Shown piece after piece: positions 24,191-36,774 of a stretch of 64,000 bases of DNA (within the stretch, counting starts at the first letter, position 1; each line of letters starts with the position of its first letter). The stretch comes from Pristiophorus japonicus. Taxonomy: Eukaryota. A program made the position numbers and the translations under genes. The stretch spans positions 117,676,001-117,740,000 of the forward strand of contig NC_091992.1 of NCBI RefSeq assembly GCF_044704955.1. The letters are read 5' to 3'. The notes beneath the pieces are model-generated. The model saw only the letters and a program-made list of their open reading frames with translations, had not been told where the DNA came from and made no database searches.

Positions 24191-24511
24191 CACCATAAAG
24201 CCTCCCTGATAAAGTGCAACATCCCCATTGACACCTGGGAGTCCCTGGCCAAAGACTGTCCTAAGTGGAGGACGTGCATCCGGGAGGGCGCTGAGCACCT
24301 CGAGTCTCAACACCGAGAGCGTGCAGAAATCAAGCGCAGGCAGCGGAAAGAGCGTGCGGCGAACCAGTCCCACCCGCCCTTTCCCTCAACAACTATCTGT
24401 CCCACCCGAGACAGGGACTGTGGTTCTCGTATTGGACTGTTCAGTCACCTAAGGACTCAATTTTTGAGTGGAAGCAAGTCTTCCTCGATTCCGAGGGACT
24501 GCCTATGTTGA
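24191..24511 (+). mobile_element. RTE LINE 3' fragment with 11-bp TSD
   Basis: KASLIKCNIPIDTWESLAKD.PKWR...CPT.DRDCGSRIGLFSHLRT (terminal C2H2-like motif). TSD TGCTTATGGGG at 24180-24190 and 24512-24522. Confidence 0.93.
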
Positions 24512-26114
24512 TGCTTATGGGGTGTTTGACTGTAGCTCAACTTGAGGTATTTGCACACAGCACTGTCACAATCTCTCTGGTAAATCAAAGCCTCTAAAGG
24601 CAATGCTGTTTGGATGAATGGGGGTGTGTCAGCCTGTGGTGTGGGAGAGCTTGTGGGTGGATGCAGAACAACTTTGGTGCAACCTGATCTTGGGAATCCC
24701 TCCCTTGGTCTTCGAAAAGCATAGATAAAGGGGATTCTAAAGGATAAACCAATTTTGGCACTATTGCAGCTGGTGGGGGAGGGGTAAGATTTCCCCACAA
24801 CAATTACTACAAAGGCAATAACAAAAAGAAGCAAGAATAATGCTTGAGAACTGACCCGAAAAAGTATCTTCTTACAGGGCTCTTCATTTAAGTTCAGTAT
24901 ACAGCTCACTGGCTCGCAATTCTGGATGCATATTCTAAGTGGGTGGGTAGACGACCCAATGTTAGACACGCACATGCATTGGAAAATTGTGTGTATCTCT
25001 GGTGTCACCCGAGCCTTTATTACAGTATTCAAACTAAGTCCTGTCTGTTTCAGTTGGGAGCTTCCTGCACCCATAAGCTCCCCACCAGAAGTGCATGTGA
25101 TGCACAAGATGATCGATGATCTGGTGTGACTGATTTTTCTCCTAATTTCCGATTGGTCACACCACTTTATAGCCAAAAGACCAGTATCACCAATCAGAAT
25201 ATTTACCGTGATTGTTATTTACAGAGATGGTCAGAGGATTTTCGTAGCAAATGTAAGCTTTTTTAAAAAAAAATAATCTAATTCCAACGGGAATTAAATA
25301 ATCTAACTCCGACTGAATTCTTTTTGAACCACAGCAATTTTGATTATTTATGGCACAACTGAGATGGACTTCAAGTACTTGTCCCAGTGAGAAATCAAAT
25401 AAACTGCTCCCTCACCTAATGGTGTGACTGTCAGATTTCCAGCAGCAATACCCATGAATAATCACCTGGTTATGGCAAGTAACTATTACTGTTACCATGC
25501 GATTATTCATGGGTTCAGCTGAAGGTCAACCACATTAAGTTTTAAGTGGATTGGCCCACTGGTCAGCAATCAAATAGTTATGAAAGATATGCAGCTTATG
25601 ATTCGATGGGAAGAAAAGCTAACCTCAACAAGGAAACCTTGTACTCGTACTCCGAGAAATAACCTTCTTGTTCTCAGCTTCGGCCAGAATGTCATTTATG
25701 AATGTAGAGTTAACCTGCCACAAATGTATTCCCCTGTTTATATCTAACAGTTTACATGAAAAATTAAGTTGCAGCAACTATGTGGCATTAGGAGCCAGAC
25801 AGATATTCAACATATTAACAGTTTTTCTCGGTGAAGTATGTGTGCCAATTGTCGACATTTTAAGCTGACAGCCAATGTTTGAACCCGTAAGTTAGAGCTC
25901 TCTCGCCAAGAAAAATGTTTTTTTCATTGGATTGGAACTTGTTAATATCAACCAATCTGATTGGTTATGGACAGGAATGGTGGCTGTGGACCAATCCAAA
26001 CAGCCGTTATTTTCTCCCTCTGGGGATGCACATGAATGAAGGTGAAAAGATTTCAGTCGAACTGTTCGTTTCTAAAAGTTGCCATGATCGGGCACAAAGT
26101 TAGTGTTTTTCCCC

Positions 26115-26480
26115 AACATAAGAAATAGGAGAAGGAGTAGGCCATACGGCCCCTCGTGGTTGCTCCGCCATTCAATAAGATCATCGCTGATATTCTGCTT
26201 CAACTCCACTTTCCTACCCTATCCCCATATTCCTTGATTCCTTTATTGTCCAAAAAATCAATTGATGTCAGTCTTGAATATACTCAATGACTAAGTATTC
26301 ACAGCCTTTTGGGGTACAGACTTCCAAAGATTCACAACCCTCCGAGTGAAGAAATGTCTCTTCATCTCAGTCTTAAATAGCTGACCCTTCATCCTGAGAC
26401 TATGCCCCTAGTTCTCGACTCTCCAGCCAGGAGAAACAGACTCTCAGCATCTACCCTGTCAAGCCCTCTCAGAATTTTAT
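26115..26480 (-). mobile_element. CR1 LINE 3' fragment
   Basis: AACATAAGAAATAGGAG tail; antisense of the TRGH...WNSL region; homologous to 19891-20250. Confidence 0.88.
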
Positions 26481-26981
26481 ATATGTCTCTGAAGAAATTA
26501 TACATAACAAATTGCTAAAATTCAACTTAAGAAAAAAAACACATTTTTACTTTTCTTAAATATGCTTCTGTGGCATGCCGGGCTGTTGTCTTATGTGCAA
26601 CTTTACTTCAACATTGGCTGCAGCTACTCTTTTTGAGAGAAGAATGGTGTTCCTGGTATCAGTGCATTAACTGGCATTATTTGACCATTCCAGCAACTGC
26701 TTTTGCTGAATTGCTCGAGTTTGAAAATAAGCTCGGGAATGAGGTTGGAGTGGTGGTGAGTTATACTTAATTTTGAAAAATTACAGTGAGATTTATGTGT
26801 TGAAGATTTCGCTACACTGTACGAATGTGATGTGTGAAGCCTTGCTCATGTGTTTTTGGGTGGGTTGGTAGTTATATCTGTGACTTTGAAAATGGTTTTG
26901 CAGTTTGTTTATGTGCATTTAGTGCAGGTTCTTTTGTTACCATGCAGGACTTAGGGAGAGAGGCCGCACCAGCCATATTGG

Positions 26982-27451
26982 AAAAGAAAGAAAGACTTGC
27001 ATTTATATAGCGCCTTTTATGACCACAGGGTGTCCCAAAGTGTTTTGCAGCCAATGAAGTACTTTTTTGAGTGTAGTCACTGTTGTAATGTAGGAAACGC
27101 AGCAGTCAATTTGAGCACAGCAAGCTCCCACAAACAGCATTGCGATAATGACCAGATAATCTATTTTAGTGATGTTGATTGAGGGATAAATATTGGCCAC
27201 GACACAGGGAAGAACTCCCCTGCACTTCTTTGGAATAATATGGGATCTTTAACGTTCATCTGAGAGGGCAGACGGGGCCTCGGTTTATCGTCTCATCCCA
27301 AAGACGACATCTCTGACAGTGCAGCACTCCCTCAGTACTGCACTGGAGTGTCAGCCTAGGTTTTTGTGCTCAAGCCTCTGAAGTGTGACTTGAACCCACA
27401 ACCTTCTGACTCAGCGGCCAGGGTGCTACCCACTGAGCCACGGCTGACACT
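26982..27451 (-). mobile_element. Full-length tRNA-derived Deu-domain SINE (SacSINE1-like)
   Basis: Head with A box TGGCTCAGTGG and B box GGTTCAAGTC, Deu-like core, L2-type tail and (TCTT)n end. Confidence 0.9.
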
Positions 27452-27594
27452 TAAACATCTTAAACAGTCAACATCTATCCGAAAATATATGGAGTGACAT
27501 TAGTGATCAGTGAAAGCATAAGGCACTTGAAGCAGTCAGTCAGGTCCACCTGAGGGCCCCCATTCAGATCCGCGCATCCATTCATGTTTTTATG

Positions 27595-27950
27595 TACCAA
27601 AAACAAAATACGGATGCTGGACATCTGACAGACAAGGACTGCAGCGGTTCAAGAAGGCGACTCACCACCTCCAACTTCTCGAGGGCAATTAGGGATGGGC
27701 AATAAATGCCGGCCTTGCCAGCGATGCCCAAATCCCAAAACAAATTAAAAAAACACAGCAGGTCAGGCAGATCAGGTGGAGGGCAGGAGTGATTAAATGC
27801 TAAAAGAATGATGGTGCGAGGCAAAAGGCAGTGATAATGGGACAAGTAAAGAAACAAAAGATGGGACCCTATTCTGCTGTAACTATTTAAACATCCTCTG
27901 GAGGCATTGTTTGTTATTTGTCCCATTACCACCCCCTTTTGCCTGTTTTT
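27595..27950. mobile_element. Penelope-like fragment interrupted by a LINE/SINE tail (27635-27750, +)
   Basis: GGATGCTGGACATCTGA...CAGCAGGTCAGGCAG matches the 5140 family. The insert GCGGTTCAAGAAGGCG...GGGATGGGCAATAAATG matches the 29545 LINE tail. Confidence 0.55.
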
Positions 27951-29544
27951 ATTTATATTTTTATGTACTTTAGTTTTGTCTGAATAATTGCAGTTTTTAT
28001 TTCCAGCATTAAAAAACACATCTTTTTTTGACATGGTCAAAAGAGCTAAAAACTTCTGTTGGCAACACTAGCGAACAAACACTTTGTATGTTGGTATAAC
28101 ATTCCTCTGTCTGCTATTTTAACTCGGGCGTTAACCCGTTTAATTTCAATGAACCGATTCTGTCTGTGAATGTAGAATGCACTGCTGTTTAGAATTATTG
28201 TAGGATTCAGTTCACAAATTTAATATGATGTATCTGGGATTAGATTCACGAGAGAAGAAACTGGACCTTGTAAAGTTTCTGCAACCGCTTTTATTTTCAT
28301 ATTTTAAATATCTGTGACGCTTCCAGGAAAAGAAGTATTCTAGGCTTGAAAGGCCAAATTACAATAAGCTCCAAAATGATACAAAATGGACTAAACACAG
28401 TGCCAAAAATTAAAATTTTCTGGGGGAAGAAGGCATGTCTCAGGCCTGCTAGAAAATAAATCTTGTGCCTTCAGTACTTACATGTCCCGTAATTTCTAAA
28501 TCCACCGCTGCTAAAAACTGTGTCTTTTTGGACATTTTCCCTGCAATAAAAATGATCGAGTGTTGAGTGTAGCTGTGGCTTAAGTTATGGCAAGCCGTGT
28601 CCCATTACATTTGTAGTCCAAGTCGTGTTCTCATGTGTTGTAAGGCCTCGATTCAGGCCTATTGCACTTTGGAAGCTGTGTGTCAGATTTTTGACGTGGT
28701 GCGCCTAAATTCTCTAGCTTTCTAGGATCGCAAATATGGTGAGGCTGGGATTTGATGGCTACAAAGAGAGACCATTGCCTGAAATGTACATACTGAAATA
28801 TGTATACAGTGCACTTGTTTAGACTCATTCCTAAGATCACATTCTTAATAGTTTTATCAAAGAATGCCATTAACTGTGAGCCATGCAATTGTTTTCAGAC
28901 ATGTATACCTTTGTACTTGTGTAAATCAATATGGCCTTGGTTAGCTCCCCAGCATTTCTGAAGCTCAGCATTTTAAATGCCGCCCATCAATAATTGATAT
29001 TGCCGAATTTCTTCTGACAATGCTGTTTCACTTTCCTTCATCTTGTTATGTTCTGCTTTCGGACGCATTTCAGGAGGAAAAGGTAATAATTGTGTCGTCG
29101 TTGCTGTCACTGTTTAATATCACCGGTAATAATTGCCACCGAGCATTCTGTATTCTGCAGTTTTTCTGCCCTTTAGTAACTTGGAGTCCAACTATCTTTG
29201 TTTAAACTCACACTTAATATCAATTTGTCATGATACTTAATGAGGCATGTTGGCTCACTGATGATCTGTGTTTAGCTATTTTATTTTTTTCACCATTTAA
29301 GGAAATGAACTGTGCTGAAAATAAATGTTATTGTAGTTGGCTGCTTCAGGTTAGTCGAGGTTGTGCTCTGACTTAGTGCTGCTTGAGATGTCTCCGAGAA
29401 CCTATAGAACTAATGCACCAAACAAGTTGTTCCCCATTATCACCCCATACCAAGTATAATATGCTCTTACCCGCGATTGAGACGGATGGAGCTACACATG
29501 CTATTTTCAGGCTCTGTTTGTCCAAAGAGAATGTTATCCACCTT

Positions 29545-29948
29545 AAACATTCACTCCCGCCACACTGACTTACCGTGGCTGCAGTGTGCACCATCTACAA
29601 GATGCACTGCAGTAACTCGCCAAGGCTTCTTTGACAGCACCTCCCAAACCTGCGACCTCTACCACCTGGAAGGACAAGGGCAGCAGGCGCATGGGAACAC
29701 CATCACCTCCACATTCCCCTTCAAGTCACGCACCATCCTGACTTGGAAATATATCGCCATTCCTTCATCGTCGCTGGGTCAAAACACTGGAACTCCCTCC
29801 CTAACAGCACTGTGGGAGTTTCTTCAACACACAGAGTGTAGCGGTTCAAGAAGGCGGCTCACCACCATCACCTTAAGGGGGATTAGGGATGGGCAATAAA
29901 TGCTGGTCTTGCCAGCAACACCCACATCCCAGGAATGAATAAAAAAAA
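29545..29948 (+). mobile_element. CR1/L2-group LINE 3' end (second family, A-rich tail)
   Basis: Reads TVAAVCTIYKMHCSNSPRLL and WNSLPNS..., ending GGGATGGGCAATAAATGC...GAATGAATAAAAAAAA. Confidence 0.75.
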
Positions 29949-30024
29949 TGTCTGTTTTATTATGTAAAAAAGTCATTAATGGTTTCTGTTATTGCAGACA
30001 TAGAAGCATGAGGGGTACAAATAA

Positions 30025-31425
30025 TAACTTATACTTATATTGTGTCGTTAATATAACAAATTATCTCCTGATACATCACAGAGGGACTGACTGTCCACCG
30101 GGGGACTTGGGGGAGGGTTAGGGGAGGTGACCAAGACAAAGTTCAAGAGAGAGTTTGTTTTTTGAGGAAGCTTTGCAAGTGGGGCAAGACATATCAAGGA
30201 CTTAGTGCAGGGCTGTGATGGATCTGTTGGAGATGGTGGAATGGAAGAAGTGCTTAGCAGTTCCTATTCAGAAGAGCAGATGGACTGGGTGAGATGTTGG
30301 GCTGCACGTCATTCAGTGGTAGGGTGGAGCAAAGCCATGGAAGGATTTGGAAACAAGGATGTGTATTTAGAATTCCATTTGTCGGGGGAGAAGAAGCTGG
30401 TGAAAGGCAGCAAGGAGTGCATAATGGGTGAGTGCGACTTTATATAGTATAGGATATGGACATCAGAGTTCTGAATTGAGTTAGTTTATGTAGGGTGTAA
30501 CTCAGAAGGCTGGTAAAGAGAGCACTGGAAAAGGAAGAGTCAATAATGTGGCTGAGGGGTTCGGTGGTGATGGGGCTGAGATGGGTATGGAGGCAAGCGA
30601 TGTTTCAGGGGTGGAAATCGATGATCTTAGTGATGTTTGGGTGTATGGTTTGAAGCTCAGCTTGGGATCAAGCAGGACACCAAGATTTCACACTGGTGGG
30701 TTCAACCTGTGAGCAGTCAGGGATGGGGTTGAATGGGCAGCAAGAGTAGGGTTTCTAGTGAGAACTGAACAGGATGCATTGGCTGTGCCAATGTTTAGTT
30801 CAAGGAAGTCCTGGCTGATCCACAACTTGATATTGTAGGTGCAGTCTGATATTGTAGATGCAGTACATCAACAATCATTTTGTCTAAAAAGAAAGAAAGA
30901 CTTGCATTTATATAGCGCTTTTCACAACCACGGGACATCTCAAAGTGCTTTACAGCCAATGAAGTACTTTTGGAGTGTATTCACTGTTGTAATGTAGAAA
31001 ACGCAGCAGCCAATTTGCGCACAGCAAGCTCCCACACACAGCAATGTGACAATGACCAGATAATCAGTTTTTTGTTATGTTGATTGTGGGATAAATATTG
31101 GCCAGGACACCGGGAATAACTCCGATACTCTTCTTCAAAATAGTGCCATGGGATATTTTACGTCCACCTGAGAGAGCAGACGGGGCCTCGGTTTAACGTC
31201 TTAACCAAAAGACGGAACCTCTGACAGTACAGCGCTCCCTCAGCACCACACTGGAGTGTCAGCCTAGATTTATGTGCTCAGGTTCCTGGAGTGGGACTTG
31301 AACCCACAACATTCTGACTCAGAGGCGAGAGTGCTACCCACTGATCCACATCGATCATAATGGAGAAGTAAAGCTGCGTGTCATCAGCGTAAAATTAAAA
31401 GCTGAACCCACGCTTGCAGATGATA
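30025..31425 (-). mobile_element. Ancient L2 LINE, interrupted by a SINE
   Basis: Minus strand TACGCTGATGACACGCAGCTTTAC (YADDTQLY) at ~31368-31391 and CTTGGTGTCCTGCTTGATCCC (LGVLLDP) at ~30664-30684. Confidence 0.75.
30886..31350 (-). mobile_element. Near full-length Deu-domain SINE
   Basis: Colinear with 26982-27451. Confidence 0.9.
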
Positions 31426-31494
31426 AATTTATAAGCTGCCAGCTATTGTAAGCGTTAACCATACATTGAAGTTTAATTCATTTGCCTTATTAAA

Positions 31495-32010
31495 TCATGG
31501 AATATTCTAGCACAGAAACAGGCCATTTGGCCCACCAAGTCTGCTCGTGTTTTTCTCCACATGAAGAACCGAGTCTAATCCCACTGTCCTGCTCATTCTC
31601 TACACGCTTAACATTCCTTTTTCAAGCCACTGTCGAATTCACTTTTAAAATAATTTATGGATTCTGCTTCATAAGCGGTTTGTCGCAAAGAATTCCACAT
31701 TGTAATTCTGCCCTGAGTGAATTGATTTTAATGTCCCTTTTCATTTTGTTACTGTCTTAACAGTTGTGCCATCTCACTGACCAGTGGAAACAATCAGTCA
31801 CTATTTCCCTTTCACAACCCTTCCTAATCTTCCTAATCTGGAAGACCTCTATCCCCTTAACCTTCACAACTATAGTGGAGAAAGCTTTAAAACCTCAAGT
31901 CTCTTGTCATAACTCATCCCTGGTAACATCCCAGTGAATTCACGTTGCACTTTTCCCATTGCTTTTATATCCTTCCTATAATGGGGCACCCAAAATGTAC
32001 ACAATTTTCC
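31495..32010 (-). mobile_element. Old CR1 3' fragment
   Basis: AGCACAGAAACAGGCCATTTGGCCC tail; AGAATTCCACA (antisense WNS); decayed ORF2 antisense. Confidence 0.7.
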
Positions 32011-32090
32011 CTGTGCCAAATAAATTTGGGCTGTTAAATTTTATCTTCCTTCAAGGGGAGAATATTTAACTGTTCTATCTTGCATACTTT

Positions 32091-32698
32091 GGGCTAGATT
32101 TTCCTATCATTTCTCGGCGATTTTCTCGGCTGTTTTTCCGCCTGTCGAAAGTTTCCCCTTAAGTTTTTTTTTCATGGTATCGCCCACCGGGACCAAACCG
32201 CCCACATGCAATGCCGAAAACAACCGCCAAGGCGTAAGTTTGGTCTCAACGCCGACATCCAGATCACCGAGTGATCCGTCCTGTAAAAGCTGCTTAATCA
32301 GGGCGGTCGGTGAGTACTCTACAAAGAAAGGTAAGTTAAAGGTTCTTTATTTTTTTTTAATTTTAAAATGGCGATTAGGTCTAAAAGTGTCTTGGGAATG
32401 CTTTGTACGTTTTTCTTTATTTAAATTTTTTTTTCAATTTCGCCCCCCCCTCTCTCGCAGCCTCGGACTAAATTTTAAATACTTACCGTCCATGCCGGTA
32501 ACGACAGCCCATGTTACTGAGTTTCCCCTTAACCGCCGAGAAAACCACCGACAATGAAGGTGCAATGCCCATTTTCTTATTAGTTTTAATTACTTTAAAC
32601 ATAAAAATGGAAATTCTCGCCAGCGTTTCTCACTGAACATTAGTGGTTCTTCTCAGCGGGCAATCGGGTGTTGAGGGGCTCATAGGAAAGTCTAGCCC
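32091..32698. mobile_element. Harbinger-like MITE
   Basis: 17-bp TIR GGGCTAGATTTTCCTAT / ATAGGAAAGTCTAGCCC (1 mismatch); flanks TTT/TTA. Confidence 0.8.
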
Positions 32699-33391
32699 TT
32701 AAACTTGTACCTGTATATGCTTTTTTAAAAAAATGTCGGGGAATTACATTTTAATTTTTGAACTGATACCTGAACACTTCAGCTTTTAACTGGCTGCATA
32801 TTGAGAAGTGTAGATGATGTAAGCTGCACTCGCCAAGGCTCAGCATGCAGACGAGGAAGAGAATGGGCCAAGATCGGAACCTCCTGGAGGTACTGAAGTG
32901 AAGTAAACAGGTACAAGAGATGGTCCCTTAATGTCTGGTGAAATTTGATAGTGATCTAAAATAATATATTTTTTTCTCGTAACCATTACCAATTCTTAAC
33001 CAATTGGTCATGGGATTAGACGTGAGGGTTTTACAAATTTAAAAAAAATGAAATTAGACCATCTATTGGGAAGCTACTGTAACAGAATAATTGCTATGTA
33101 AACCACTGATGCTCTTAAAACTGAAATATCACTTTCCACTTGGTCCATTTCAACTCTACAATAATTTCACAGTTTATAGCCAAGGATCTCTGCCCGTAGT
33201 GATTTACAAATACAATGACTGCCGTAAGTTTTTTTTTAAAGTGGCTGTGATTAATAAAATATGGGAATGGTGTAAACATGCTTTACAGGTTGAACGAAAA
33301 CAAAAATTAACTGCATCTGTGCCATATGCACATTCTTTCAGATTATTCTGCAATTTGATATTCCTGACTTCAGACCTTTTAAAAAAAAAAA

Positions 33392-34857
33392 AAATGTAGG
33401 CTGACACTCCAGTGCAGTGCTGAGGGAGTGCTGCATTGTCGAAGGTGCTGTCTTTTGGATGAGACGTTAAACATCAGTGGGAAGCTGTTTAACCTATGCC
33501 ACCTCCAGGCCAGGTCCAAGATCATCCAAACCTCTGTCGTTGAACTGCAGTACGCGGACGATGCCTGCGTCTGCGCACATTCTGAGGCTGAACTCCAGGA
33601 TATAGTCGATGTATTCACCGAGGCATATGAAAGCATGGGCCTCACGCTTAACATCCGTAAGACAAAGGTCCTCCACCAGCCTGTCCTCGCCAAACAGCAC
33701 TGCCCCCCAGTCATCAAGATTCATGGCGCGGCCCTCAACAATGTGGACCATTTCTCATATCTCGGGAGCCTCTTGTCAACAAAGGCAGACAATGATGCGG
33801 AGATTCAACATCGCCTCTAGTGCGCCAGTGCAGCCTTCGGCCGCCTGAGGAAAAGAGTGTTCGAAGACCAGGCCCTCAAACCTATCACCACGCTCATGGT
33901 CTACAGGGCTGTAGTAATACCCGCCCTCCTGTGTGAATAAAAGGCATGGATGCTGTACAGAAGACACATCAAGTCGCTGGAGATATATCACCAACGATGT
34001 CTCTGCAAGATCCTGCAAATCCCCTGGGAGGACAGACGCACCAACATCAGTGTCCTCGCTCAGGCTAACATCCCCAGCCTTGAAGCACCAACCACACTTG
34101 ATCAGCTTCGCTGGGCAGGCCACTTAGTTCACATGCCAGACACGAGACTCCCGAAGCAATTGCTCTACGCGGAGCTCCTTCATGGCAAACGAGCCAAAGG
34201 TGGGCAGCGGAAACGTTACAAGGGCACCCTCAAAGCCTCCCTGGTGAAGTGCGACTTCACCACTGACATCTGGGAGTCTCTGGCCGAAGACCGCCCTAGG
34301 TGGAGAAAGTGCATCCGGGAGGGCGGTGAGCTCCTCGAGTCTCAACGCTGCGAACATGAAGAGGTCAGGTGCAGGCAGCGGAAGGAGCGTGTAGTAAATC
34401 AGTGCCACTGCCCTCCTTCCCCCGACAAATATCTGTCCCACCTGTGACAGACTCTGTGGCTCTTGTGTTGGACTGTTCAGACACCAAAGAACTCACTTTA
34501 GGAGTGGAAGCAAGTCTTCCTCGATTTCGAGGGACTGCCTATGATGAATATGAAGATAAATGTCTGCTGTCTCAAGTGGAGGTAAAAGATCCCATGGCCA
34601 CTATTTCGAAGAAGAGCAGGGGAGTTATCCCCGGTGTCTTGAGCAATATTTGTCCCTCAATCAACATAACAAAAAAACAGACAATCTGGGTCATTATCAC
34701 CTTGCTGTTTGTGGGAGCTGGCTGTGTGCAAATTGGCCGTTGCGTTTCCCACATTAGAACAGTGACTACACTCCAAAAAGTACTTCATTGGCTGTAAAGC
34801 GCTTTGGGATGCCCAATGGTCGTGAAAGGCGCTATATAAATCCAAGTCTTTCTTTCT
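33392..34857 (+). mobile_element. Deu-domain SINE split by RTE insertion (SINE halves 33392-33472 and 34562-34857)
   Basis: SINE stops at GATGAGACGTTAAAC and resumes at GTCTGCTGTCTCAAGTGG, a few bases further along the consensus. Confidence 0.88.
33473..34560 (+). mobile_element. RTE LINE, 5'-truncated (RT C-terminal half)
   Basis: ELQYADDACVCAHSEAELQ...GLTLNIRKTKV; QLRWAGH..HMPDTRLPKQLLYAEL; (ATG)n tail. Confidence 0.95.
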
Positions 34858-36774
34858 ATTGTGATGATGCTCCTCTGACATCATGCAGCCCTTGTTCTAG
34901 ATGGCTTTCTTGTCCGTTCAATTTATCTTGATAACACAGTGCCTGCTTTCTGCAATGGAAATGAGGTGCTGGGGGAACATTTCTTGTGACAATAACAGTT
35001 GTCCAGGACCACATCTGCATCTGTCATTCACTCGAATTTATGTTATTCTATATATCATGTAATCTTTGAACAAAGTACATCATGGAAAACATTTTCGTAT
35101 TACAAATTTCAGGGAAATTTAGTATCCAAAGTTATCTTTTTAATTTTTATTATTAAATAGTTGACCACATGGATTATCCAATAAGTATAAAATACTTCAC
35201 TATCAACAAAAGCACAATGTCATTGTATATTATGAAACTGTCTGTTCAACACCCCGACCCTAATAAAAGTGCCACTTTCTGTAAAAACTGAAAAGGATAT
35301 TCTGATGATTTTATGCCTTAGTTAACTTTATTTTTATGAGACTTCATCAAGCATCCCGAGGTTGCAGTATTTTTGCGGTTTATTTTTGGAACACATTTAC
35401 GACCCTTTCAATATTGCAGGCTTACAGTAAAACCCAGCAAAATGACCAGTCCCTGATGACATCCCTGGCGGCACTCCTGGGTGGTTCAGGAAAACTGGAA
35501 TGTGGCAACAGCTCTGGTGGTGGTAGAAATAAAATGGTGTCTTTGAACTCCTGTGACGTTGACTATTTTCACAGCAACAGGAGCTTGAATATTAATGCAT
35601 TTGATGTGTTTCGGGAGGCTTAGAAACCAGGTTTTATAAAATTAACCTTTGTCCGCTTCGCTTGGTAAACTGAGATGACGTGTTTCATTTACAGACGGAC
35701 TAACCACTGACTGATGCTCAGGTACTGTGAATAGGAAAGACAACTTTAAATAGCTGAAGTCATGGAGAAACACTGGGTGATTATGACCGTCTGGATTGTA
35801 TAGTTTCCCCCGAGATAAATCAGCATCTTATTTATATTGTCTTCTGTTTCAAATGTTACATTTACCAACCTAAACTGAAAATGGAAAGTATTGGATTATT
35901 CTGTTTAGCTAGTTCTGGATTGCACAGTATCTCTGACTTATGGAGCTGTAGACAGAAGGATGTGGTTAGAATATATTGGACGCCTTGGGTTATTGTATCG
36001 CAGTCATTTTAACATTAAAAGTGCTAAATATCTTGATTGCCAACAGTGATCTTAGCAATCAATGAGCCCATAGTCTTTGTTTATCCCTCCTCTCGGGGAG
36101 GGGGGGGAGCGGCGAGGAGGAGGGAAATCCTTAATTCATCCCCTAGCTACCACAGTAACTAAATCTGCAACAGGAGAAAGCTTACAACAGCTGGCAGCTG
36201 CACAAGAACATTTTTGATGCTCATTTTACACTTGACTATTAAGATAAATTTGTCACGCTAATTTCCAAATTTATTTTGTGACTGCGTATCTGGTATAGTT
36301 TATTTTTACTTTCCACTGTGTTGCTTAAGGGAAGAAGTTGATATGCGTATGTGTGCGTGTATCTGTTAACATTCACCCACATATCTTTTAAGAGGGAAAA
36401 ATAACTATGTCGCCCTACTATTGCCTTCATACCACCTGTTAAACACAAAATAATATTATTTATGATTAACCTACCTTTGATGAAGCTAATATTAATTTAA
36501 AACCCGCTGAGTTGTTCTCTTTCCAACAACAGTTTCAAAATCAAATTATACTAATTTCCCCAAATATAGTTTGAGATCTCTTTCAACAAATTAAAGCTAA
36601 TTTCTTTCTCATTTTTACAATTAAGGACCAACTTGACTGGTGGGCATTGCAGCTACCTTTCATGTAGTTTATGAGCCTTTTTGGGAGAAAAATATTAGCG
36701 CTAATGAAGTTTGCCATCATGATGAAAGTCCTTGAGTACTATTCATCAGCTGTTGATAGGGCTAGAATTTGATG

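Noticed and set aside
24457-25176. Longest ORF in the track (239 aa, minus strand)
   Set aside because: No recognisable domain, no convincing splice signals, and its 3' end runs antisense into an RTE tail. Likely a chance ORF.
27380-27451. tRNA-like sequences with A and B boxes (also 31290-31350, 40890-40962, 60516-60590)
   Set aside because: Each is the head of the Deu-domain SINE, not a tRNA gene.
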